Origin: Candidatus Thorarchaeota archaeon
Lineage (GTDB): Archaea; Asgardarchaeota; Heimdallarchaeia; Hodarchaeales; Hodarchaeaceae
Length of the DNA: 32,000 nt
Reading direction: 5' to 3'
Assembly (NCBI GenBank): GCA_048882505.1
Contig: JBHLRO010000008.1
Location: 90,001 to 122,000, forward strand
The stretch's first letter is position 1; the number at the start of each line of letters is the position of its first letter. Below, in pieces: positions 8,730 through 16,646 of this stretch. The notes under the pieces were generated by a model that was given only the letters and a program-made list of their open reading frames with translations, made no database searches and was not told the origin of the DNA. Position numbers and translations under genes: made by a program.

Positions 8730-10142
8730 CTAAACTGTTAAGAGTTCCATAAACGCCGTAACAGGGAGCGATTCCAACATCTGTTGATTTTGAAACAAAG
8801 ATATGATTTTTTGAACCTTGGCAGCAACGTATTTAGTAAGGAGATTGTTTTTGCACTTTGTTTCCAACATTGGACCCGCCTCAGATCGTCGTCTGCGATG
8901 GCCCAATGGATATTCGACCATGATATTATCAGTCTGGGATCCGTCCTCAAAGATAATTTGAATCGAGTTCGTTATGGCACGTTTATCTGGTGCATGGTAA
9001 TCCTTGGTGAAATTTGGATTTTCGTACACCTTCATCTTCTCTCTTAGTTCATCAATCAGTGGATTGGCCGCCATTTCGTCCTCATAGTCTTCATAAACGA
9101 TGTTACCTTTCATAAGAGCGATGGCAACCATGTATTGGAGACAATGGTCGCGAGCCGCAGGATTTTGAAGGGGGCCTTTCTTGTCAATTATCCTAATGGC
9201 GGCTTCATGAGTGGCAATTTCTATCCGGTCAATGGTATGCAACCGGTTCTTTACTATTGGATGAAGCCTGATTGCCGCTTCGACGGCGGATTGTCCATGA
9301 AATTCAGCCGGGTAACCAACCTTGAAGAGTACATTCTCCATGACATAAGAACCGTAAGGCATTTGGAATTTGAATTTTTGACTGTTCCAAATTCTATCGT
9401 AATACCCCCAAGTTGGAGCAGAAAGACAGGTTTTATATCCCATTTCCCCACGAAAAGATTGAAGAGCTAGGAATACCCCTCGGCTCGTAGCATCTCCAGC
9501 AGCCCAACTTTTTCGTGTTCCAGTATTGGGGGCGTGTCTATATGTCCGAATTGCTCCTCCATCAACCCAAACCTGGGATATGGCATTTATTATCTGTTCT
9601 TTAGTGCAACCTAGCATACCCGCTGCGACCGCAGCGCTTGCTAGTTTGACCAAAATAACATGATCGATCCCCTTCTGATTGAAGCTGTTTTCTAAGGCCA
9701 TAACGCCTTGAACTTCATATGCTTTAATCATCCATGTAAGGATGTCATACATTCTCATCGGTTCCTCCCCTCGTCTAACCTTTTTTCGTGAAAGATAATC
9801 CCCGACTGAAAGAATGGCTCCTAAATTATCAGAGGGGTGCCCCCATTCCGCAGCTAGCCATGTATCGTTATAATCCAACCAACGAATTAGAACACCAATA
9901 TTAAAGGCTGCTGTTAATGGGTCTAAGACGTACGAAGTCCCAGGAACACGCACTCCGTCAGGAACAATGGTTCCAGGAACGATAGGTCCCAACATCTTAG
10001 TACATTCAGGAAAACGAAGGGCAAGTACGCCACAGCCTATGGAGTCCATTAAACACAATCGTGCGGTATTGTACGCTTCTTTCGAAGTGGGTTCATAGTC
10101 CAAAATATAATCTGCAATATCCACGAGTTCAGGATCTATCAA
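8730..10142 (-). CDS. prpD: 2-methylcitrate dehydratase
   Basis: IRWLDYNDTWLAAEWGHPSDN, YRHAPNTGTRKSWAAGDA, ENVLFKVGYPAEFHGQ, ARDHCLQYM and VEYPLGHRRRR. Confidence 0.96.
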   Translation of the reverse strand: MIDPELVDIADYILDYEPTSKEAYNTARLCLMDSIGCGVLALRFPECTKMLGPIVPGTIVPDGVRVPGTSYVLDPLTAAFNIGVLIRWLDYNDTWLAAEWGHPSDNLGAILSVGDYLSRKKVRRGEEPMRMYDILTWMIKAYEVQGVMALENSFNQKGIDHVILVKLASAAVAAGMLGCTKEQIINAISQVWVDGGAIRTYRHAPNTGTRKSWAAGDATSRGVFLALQSFRGEMGYKTCLSAPTWGYYDRIWNSQKFKFQMPYGSYVMENVLFKVGYPAEFHGQSAVEAAIRLHPIVKNRLHTIDRIEIATHEAAIRIIDKKGPLQNPAARDHCLQYMVAIALMKGNIVYEDYEDEMAANPLIDELREKMKVYENPNFTKDYHAPDKRAITNSIQIIFEDGSQTDNIMVEYPLGHRRRRSEAGPMLETKCKNNLLTKYVAAKVQKIISLFQNQQMLESLPVTAFMELLTV

Positions 10143-10158
10143 AAATTAACCTCCAAAA

Positions 10159-11295
10159 TCATCTTTTTTCTATCGGAATATAGTTCCTATCAATGGGACC
10201 AATATACTCAGCCGTGGGTCTGATAAGCTTATTGTTGGCCCTTTGTTCAAGTATATGTGCAGCCCAGCCACTAAAGCGACTTACTACAAAGATAGGAGTA
10301 AAGAGAGGGATATCGATGTTTGCCATATAATAAGCTGTCGAGGTATAGAAATCCAGGTTCGGATACATCCCCTTTTCTTCCATTACTTCCTCGATGCGAG
10401 TTGCAATCTCAAAGAGGGTTTTTAGTTTTGGACGTGCATTTGAAAGGTTCTCAGCAATCTCCTTGATGATTTTCGAACGCGGATCATGGCCTGCATAAAC
10501 CGCATGTCCGAATCCAAATATTAATTCTTTATTCGCCAGTTTTTCTCGGACACCGCGCTCTGCATCGTCTGCATCTGTGAATTGCAACATAAATTTAATC
10601 GCAGCTTCATTAGCGCCGCCGTTTAATGGTCCTGAAAGAGTTCCTATTGCAGTAGCAACACACGAGTAATAATCGGCTAGCGTTGAAGCACATACTCGTA
10701 ACGCAAATGTCGAAGCGGCAAATTCATGTTCAGCATACAGAATCAGAGATTTATCTAGCATCTCTCGATCCAGGTGATCTGGAGAAGCTCCGGTCAGCAT
10801 TTGCAGTAGGTACCCAGCGATAGTATCCTCATTAGTATCAAAGAAGTTTTGTTTATCTCGTATCCCCCGTCTTGTCTCCCAGTAACCAATCAAGCTGGGT
10901 AATATACCCAAGATTCTAATTGCTTGGGGCACCCCTTCATGGTCCTTTTCTGGTTCAAGTGCTCCCAAAGTGGAAATTCCAGTTCTTAAAACAGACATAG
11001 GATGGGTTGTCGGAGGAAGATTATCAAGTAGATCCATTATTTGCTTTGGTATCACACGAGCATCGACTATATGCGATTTCCAATCTCTTAGCTGCTTTTG
11101 TGTCGGCAACCCACCATGTACGAGTAAATAAGAGACTTCTTCGAAATTGCTATTGCGCGCAAGAATCTCGATCGGGTATCCTCGATACGATAATCCAATA
11201 CCTTCCTCTCCAACTGGGCAGATTTTGGTATAACCCACATTTATTCCCCGCAATCCTTCATAATTTCCGACGACTTCTAATTTCCTTTCGGGCAT
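10159..11295 (-). CDS. prpC: 2-methylcitrate synthase-like protein (citrate synthase family) with two atypical active-site residues
   Basis: LSYRGY, LYAEHEF, GFGHAVY, YPNLDF and WAAHILEQR.NNKLIRP. It sits between prpB and prpD. GPLN replaces GPLH and HEFA replaces HEFN. Confidence 0.88.
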   Translation of the reverse strand: MPERKLEVVGNYEGLRGINVGYTKICPVGEEGIGLSYRGYPIEILARNSNFEEVSYLLVHGGLPTQKQLRDWKSHIVDARVIPKQIMDLLDNLPPTTHPMSVLRTGISTLGALEPEKDHEGVPQAIRILGILPSLIGYWETRRGIRDKQNFFDTNEDTIAGYLLQMLTGASPDHLDREMLDKSLILYAEHEFAASTFALRVCASTLADYYSCVATAIGTLSGPLNGGANEAAIKFMLQFTDADDAERGVREKLANKELIFGFGHAVYAGHDPRSKIIKEIAENLSNARPKLKTLFEIATRIEEVMEEKGMYPNLDFYTSTAYYMANIDIPLFTPIFVVSRFSGWAAHILEQRANNKLIRPTAEYIGPIDRNYIPIEKR

Positions 11296-12186
11296 TTACT
11301 GATCCCCTCCTTGAAGTTTATCCAAAATTCCTTCCCAGCGATAATAGTCTAAGAGCTCGTATAATTCACTTCTAGTTTGCATTCTGTCAATCAGTGTCAT
11401 TTGAGTCCCTTCCCGTCTAACAGTGATATATACATTTTCAGCAGCTTTGTTCATTGCGCGAAAGGCGGTTAATGGGTAAAGTACAAAAGAAACTCCAACT
11501 GAACCAAGTTCTTCAACGGAAAAGAGAGGGGTTTTCCCGAACTCTGTAATGTTTGCAAGTATCGGAATTGAGAACACCTCAGTGACTGCCCTATATTCTT
11601 CCAGAGTCGTAAATGCTTCGGGAAAGATTGCATCGGCACCGGCTTCAATATATCTTCCGATCCTTTTTATGGCTCCGTCTAATCCTTCATTGGCCAAGGC
11701 ATCTGTACGAGCCATTACCATGAAATCTTTATCAGTTTTTGCATCAACAGCGGCGATAATTCTATGGCACATTTCTTCAGTCGTTACAATTTTCTTGCGT
11801 GGTCTATGACCGCAGCGTTTTTGGGCCTCTTGGTCTTCCAAGTGAACACCTGCCACTCCGACTTTCTCTAAAGTTTTAATAGTACGTGAAATGGAAAATG
11901 CAGTTGCTCCAAATCCAGTGTCGATATCCACTAGCAGCGGAAGGTCCACAACGTCCGTTATCCGTCGTGCATCTTCAGCTACGTTGTCTAGAGTAGTTAT
12001 TCCAAGATCTGGAAGGCCATAAGAAGCATTTGCTACGCCCGCGCCTGATAAATAGATCGCACGATAATTGTGCCTTTGGGCCATCATAGCCATTAACGCA
12101 TTAATTGTACCAATAACCTGAAGAGGTTTTTCCACCTCAAGAGCTTCTTTAAGTCGTCTACCTGGCGATTTTTTTTGAGAATTCAA
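11296..12186 (-). CDS. prpB: 2-methylisocitrate lyase
   Basis: [52 protein letters not shown] and [14 protein letters not shown] start at 12186 follows GAGGTG (ORF-track start 12231). The stop directly abuts the prpC ATG. Confidence 0.95.
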   Translation of the reverse strand: MNSQKKSPGRRLKEALEVEKPLQVIGTINALMAMMAQRHNYRAIYLSGAGVANASYGLPDLGITTLDNVAEDARRITDVVDLPLLVDIDTGFGATAFSISRTIKTLEKVGVAGVHLEDQEAQKRCGHRPRKKIVTTEEMCHRIIAAVDAKTDKDFMVMARTDALANEGLDGAIKRIGRYIEAGADAIFPEAFTTLEEYRAVTEVFSIPILANITEFGKTPLFSVEELGSVGVSFVLYPLTAFRAMNKAAENVYITVRREGTQMTLIDRMQTRSELYELLDYYRWEGILDKLQGGDQ

Positions 12187-12263
12187 ATTAAAACACCTCT
12201 TTATTAATCTTATAATGGTGTGGCCTTTCAATTTGGGAGAAAGATCTTCAGTCAGGATAAATG

Positions 12264-12851
12264 TTATCTTCCTTTAACAATCTCGTCTGGAACATTCTGA
12301 ATAAAGTTAACGTACCGAGCGCATATAAAGAGAAAATCAGAAAGCCTATTGACATACTGTATCAAAAGTGAATTAAAATCAGTGATTAAAGACAGCTTGA
12401 CTAATTCGCTTTCCACTCGCCGACAGACAGTACGAGCCAAGTGCAGAAAAGCTGAAACCTCTGTTCCACCTGGTAGTAAAAAATTTTGAAGGGGAGGAAG
12501 TTTTTCAGAAAGCTCGTCGATTTTATTCTCTAAATGTTCGACAGCATTCTTCTCCAGTAGAGAGAAGGTCGAACTCGATCTACCTGATGCTCTTGGATTC
12601 GTTATACCTTTTAAATTAAGGGATCCTACCTCTGCTGCCATATGGAACAGATTCACTTGTATTTCCTCCAAACCCAAAGCGGTTGAATCTGATAAAAAAC
12701 TCCTGGCAACGCCAATAAATGCCGAAAGCTCATCCAGAGCCCCAAGTGCGATTATTCTAGGATCGGTTTTTGAAACTCTTTCCCCTGTAATGAGGGAGGT
12801 GAATCCTTTATCTCCCCTCCGTGTATATATTCTGCCAGGCATAGTTATCAC
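12264..12851 (-). CDS. pduO: PduO/MMAB-type ATP:cob(I)alamin adenosyltransferase
   Basis: [43 protein letters not shown] and [13 protein letters not shown]. Start is either GTG 12851 (GTGA overlap) or ATG 12842. Confidence 0.93.
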   Translation of the reverse strand: MITMPGRIYTRRGDKGFTSLITGERVSKTDPRIIALGALDELSAFIGVARSFLSDSTALGLEEIQVNLFHMAAEVGSLNLKGITNPRASGRSSSTFSLLEKNAVEHLENKIDELSEKLPPLQNFLLPGGTEVSAFLHLARTVCRRVESELVKLSLITDFNSLLIQYVNRLSDFLFICARYVNFIQNVPDEIVKGR

Positions 12852-13822
12852 AAGCCAAGTTTTTTGTTTAAATGGTTAAAGAAATCTGTTAGATCGATAT
12901 TGCCGCCGGATAGGATTACACCCACTCTCTTATCCTTAAAATCATATTCCTCTGGATTTCCTTTCAGTTGAAATAACCCCGCCAAGGGAACTGCTCCCGA
13001 AGGTTCTATGATTATCTTCATTCTCTCCCATAGGTAGCGCATGGCGTTTACGATGCCTTCTTCTGTCACTCTAACAATTCCATTAACGTTTTGTTTTATT
13101 ATTTTAAAGGTAATAACCCCTAAAGAGGTTCTTAAGCCATCCGCGATGGTGTTAGGATCAATAGATGGAAAGATTCTCCTTCCATCCTGAAACGAGCGAA
13201 ATGCGTCATCAGCGTTTAGCGGCTCTATACCTATTACTGTTATATCCTCGTTTAATCCTTTTGCGGCAATCGAAGTTCCACTAAGCAGACCGCCTCCCCC
13301 CACTGGTGCGACGATTAGGTCGAGATCGCTCACCTCCTTTAAAAGCTCGTATGCTGCTGTTCCTGCACCATGAATAATCCGATAATCGTTGTATGGATGA
13401 ACAAGCGTATAATTGAATTCCTGCATTAGCTCTTCAACTTTATCCTTCCGGCTTGTGGGGTCATTTCCACAAAAAACGATGTCCGCCCCGTATCCTCGGG
13501 TAGCGGCCTTCTTAACCTTGGGAGCATTTTCGGGCATAACAATGGTAGCTTTTATCTGAAGTTCTCTCGATGCGAGCGCTACTGCTTGTGCATGGTTGCC
13601 TGAGGAGTGAGTAATGACCCCACCCTCTTTTTCCGATGATGAAAGCTGGCTTAGAGCATTCAGGGCACCTCTGAATTTAAATGCTCCAACTCTCTGGAAA
13701 TTTTCACATTTAAAGTATACTTTCATATCTAACTTTCTATTTAAGGTACGAGAAGTTAATACAGGAGTTTTATTGACATAATCCTTGATTCTGGAATATG
13801 CAGCACTGATTTTAGACAGCAT
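12848..13822 (-). CDS. PLP-dependent threonine/serine dehydratase (serine racemase-like, fold type II, no regulatory domain)
   Basis: KCENFQRVGAFKFRGA (PLP lysine), HSSGNHAQA, HPY, VGGGGLLSG, TIADGL, EPSGA and ILSGGN. ATG at 13822. Confidence 0.92.
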   Translation of the reverse strand: MLSKISAAYSRIKDYVNKTPVLTSRTLNRKLDMKVYFKCENFQRVGAFKFRGALNALSQLSSSEKEGGVITHSSGNHAQAVALASRELQIKATIVMPENAPKVKKAATRGYGADIVFCGNDPTSRKDKVEELMQEFNYTLVHPYNDYRIIHGAGTAAYELLKEVSDLDLIVAPVGGGGLLSGTSIAAKGLNEDITVIGIEPLNADDAFRSFQDGRRIFPSIDPNTIADGLRTSLGVITFKIIKQNVNGIVRVTEEGIVNAMRYLWERMKIIIEPSGAVPLAGLFQLKGNPEEYDFKDKRVGVILSGGNIDLTDFFNHLNKKLGL

Positions 13823-13905
13823 ATGAATCAATTACATCATGCATCTGAGAATTAAAGAATTTGCGGCCCCCTATTTCATTTCGTCCTACGGGAACTGGCC
13901 AAGTG

Positions 13906-13922
13906 ACAAGAATAATTCTTGT
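13906..13922. promoter_or_regulatory. Perfect 17-bp palindrome ACAAGAAT-A-ATTCTTGT, candidate transcription factor site for the dehydratase-pduO-prp cluster
   Basis: Exact 8-bp arms with a 1-nt spacer, in the intergenic region upstream of the dehydratase. Confidence 0.45.
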
Positions 13923-13954
13923 TTTATTCAATTCTGAAAGATTAATTTCGCCCT

Positions 13955-16528
13955 TTACAGCTCCATTCGGACTCGTCTTACTATTGGAGCTTGACGCAAA
14001 TTTTTTTTGGCTTCCCTAATGACATCGTCAGACCGAAGTAAATTTGTACCTTCATAAATAACGAAACTGTTAGTTTGTATCAGATGATCTAAGGTCTCTC
14101 TCTCCGAATCGTCAAGTGGTCGTCCCGATAGTACTAGATCGAGGTACGTATTGATATCTACTGGTTTCAGATATTTTCCTACATGATCAAGTATTAGCTC
14201 ATGACCCCTCAATGATTCGGGAAAATAAAGCTCATATACTAAGTAATTGGCCAGATTGCGCAAAAATGGAAGCCTTTTTCCCTTTTTTCGTTTGAAAATG
14301 GTCTCCTGAGATAGGAAAATAAGCCAGGTGGCCAAACTGGCAAATTCGACCTGCCAATGTTTTGGATAGATGATGGGTAGTAATTTTGTATAGTATTTGT
14401 GAAGATATACGGTCAATCGCGAAAAATTCAATATATAGCGTTTTAAGATATAATTAAGTAGGTCAGAGTTTAATAAAATTAGCATAGGTAAGAATTGATA
14501 GGAAAGTGGAACTTCTAATACCGAAACATTAGTCCCAGGGATAAATTTTTCAGGTTTATATGCAACTCTAAGCTTGTTACCTATCGCAGTACATATCAGG
14601 CGCGGTTCATTATAATAGGTCAAAAATCGCTTGTTGCGGGGATGAGCTTTTATATACTGAAAGTATTTGGGTTTTAAGCCAAATGGAGCAACGCATCTAC
14701 CAGAATGCAGGTAGGAAATCGTATAATATTCTCTGGAGGGGCCATTTATATGGTCTTTTTTGAATACACGGTGGTCTATTCCATAATCTCCTGAAACAAC
14801 GTTTATTTCACCCCTCTGTACTGTCTTTTGCCAGAGATCGTCGTGATAAATCATGAAGCGATCGTATTTCCTAAACGGTTCGATTTCAATCAGTGGATTT
14901 GCCTTGATATCACTACGTGGATAGATCTGAACCATAGAACTACTCTTGGCGGTATTTCGGAGAAATAACGAGCACATTTCTAGTGTTACATCTTCAAAAG
15001 CTTGAGCTTCGTCTCTTATCTTCCAGATCTGGGTGTGTTCTAAAAGGAACGTTCTAAGTGCTTCAAATTCCTCAACTCGTAATATGGAAAACGGAACTAT
15101 GAAACCTAATAATCCACCTGGTTTTAATAGGGATATTGCTCTTTCGATAAAGGCAGCAGCAGCATTTAGGCTATACTTCTTGGGAGGCCCAGTGCAAGAT
15201 CGAAATAACAATTTACAAAGCTGTTTTTGGAATGAGGAAAGTATCGATCTTCCATACGGGGGATTACCAATGCAAATATCGAACCCTTCATCCGACATTA
15301 TGCGTGGAAATTCATGTTCCCAATGAAAAAGCTTAATATCTGACAGATCTTCCATACGAACTTTGGGCGATTTTCTTTTCAAAAACTCCCAATACATGAC
15401 TTGAATCAAGGATGATAATTCGGTTTTCACCCTGGTTAAGATTTCATTTGTCTGTGGGTCGTGGCTCCATCCAGCTTTTTCCAAAGCAGCGCTTATTTCT
15501 ATCCAATCGATGTGTTCATTTTCGCTATCATCAAGTCCCAGAATACCTGTTCTACCTAATTTGCGCTTCAGAGAGAGTATTGTATTCCTGTAATCTAAGG
15601 GATACCTTAGGGGCTCTTTGCAGGTTCCAAAAAGACTATTTCCATTCTTTAAATTCATCAATATACTTGAAGGAAGGCTATTCAGGGAAATCTCATTTTT
15701 TGAGAGGGCCCAACATATTAAACGGAATTTTGCTACCAAAAGACTGCTTTGGGATAATTCTACTCCAAAAATGCAATTCTGCAGGATCCATGGCGCCAAG
15801 GGCATATTTCTTTTATCCTCTAAGCGCCTGTATAGGGACTCTGCAGCGTAGGCCAAAAAGGAACCAGTTCCACAACCAGGGTCTAATATAGTTATTACAT
15901 CGTCACTCGATCGCGTACCTTCGATGTCTCGCCACTGTTGATCGTTTCGGTACCGATCAAGGCACTCATCTGTGATTTGCCTAATAACAAACCACGGAGT
16001 AAAGTATATACCCTTCTTTTTTCTATTTGGAGAAATAGAGCTCTTTAATGATAGGAATTTATCGTATTCAAAGAGAATCTGTTCATAAAAAAAAGATAGG
16101 AATTCGGGCGTGATTATGCGTTTAGAAGTGATTTTCTGCTGAAAATTCTCCTCTAAAGTCCACCGATAAGAGTAAAGAATAGAAATAAGATCATTCCATT
16201 CTTCTTGAGATAAGGCATCTTTTAATTGCTGTTCATAATGCGAACTAGTTAATAAACTGCCAATGACGTACGGTAAATCTATCTCCTCACGAAATTGAGG
16301 TTGAAACAATATCCTTAGGAGAACATTACGTCCATTTCGGACAGTACTATCGTCAAATAGTTCATTTTCGAAATTAAAAGTCCATTTCCGAAGGAAAAAC
16401 AATCCAAGGATTCGAATTAGTAAATTCAACGATGCTTCATGGATTTCCTGGGATGATAACCCATAGGAAACCCCTCGCTGGAGAAATTGTTTATAAAATG
16501 GCTTTAATTCGTCAAATAAATCCTTCAT
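13955..16528 (-). CDS. N6-adenine DNA methyltransferase, Eco57I/Type IIG-like, with TaqI-like C-terminal target-recognition domain and no recognisable nuclease domain
   Basis: GIYFTP, ILDPGCGTGSFL (motif I), IFGVEL, FHWEHEFP, FDICIGNPPY (motif IV), AAFIERAISLLKPGGLLGFIVP and LNSDLLNY. ATG at 16528 (ORF-track TTG 16540). Confidence 0.9.
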   Translation of the reverse strand: MKDLFDELKPFYKQFLQRGVSYGLSSQEIHEASLNLLIRILGLFFLRKWTFNFENELFDDSTVRNGRNVLLRILFQPQFREEIDLPYVIGSLLTSSHYEQQLKDALSQEEWNDLISILYSYRWTLEENFQQKITSKRIITPEFLSFFYEQILFEYDKFLSLKSSISPNRKKKGIYFTPWFVIRQITDECLDRYRNDQQWRDIEGTRSSDDVITILDPGCGTGSFLAYAAESLYRRLEDKRNMPLAPWILQNCIFGVELSQSSLLVAKFRLICWALSKNEISLNSLPSSILMNLKNGNSLFGTCKEPLRYPLDYRNTILSLKRKLGRTGILGLDDSENEHIDWIEISAALEKAGWSHDPQTNEILTRVKTELSSLIQVMYWEFLKRKSPKVRMEDLSDIKLFHWEHEFPRIMSDEGFDICIGNPPYGRSILSSFQKQLCKLLFRSCTGPPKKYSLNAAAAFIERAISLLKPGGLLGFIVPFSILRVEEFEALRTFLLEHTQIWKIRDEAQAFEDVTLEMCSLFLRNTAKSSSMVQIYPRSDIKANPLIEIEPFRKYDRFMIYHDDLWQKTVQRGEINVVSGDYGIDHRVFKKDHINGPSREYYTISYLHSGRCVAPFGLKPKYFQYIKAHPRNKRFLTYYNEPRLICTAIGNKLRVAYKPEKFIPGTNVSVLEVPLSYQFLPMLILLNSDLLNYILKRYILNFSRLTVYLHKYYTKLLPIIYPKHWQVEFASLATWLIFLSQETIFKRKKGKRLPFLRNLANYLVYELYFPESLRGHELILDHVGKYLKPVDINTYLDLVLSGRPLDDSERETLDHLIQTNSFVIYEGTNLLRSDDVIREAKKNLRQAPIVRRVRMEL

Positions 16529-16555
16529 ACTTAAAAACAACGGGTAATAAACGGT

Positions 16556-16563
16556 TTTATAAA
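16556..16563. promoter_or_regulatory. Palindromic TATA box TTTATAAA in the divergent methyltransferase/CCA intergenic region
   Basis: About 28-35 bp upstream of ATG 16528, typical archaeal spacing for a short-leader transcript. Confidence 0.45.
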
Positions 16564-16646
16564 CTGAATCCTATCATTTTGACCTAAAACTGGGCCATCC
16601 TCGGAAGGTACACAGATTAGGGTATAGTACTGGCTGCTGATTACCA

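Noticed and set aside
15033-15891. Several plus-strand ORFs (97, 159 and 77 aa), checked as a possible hidden restriction endonuclease
   Set aside because: All lie antisense within the methyltransferase gene and show no nuclease motifs.
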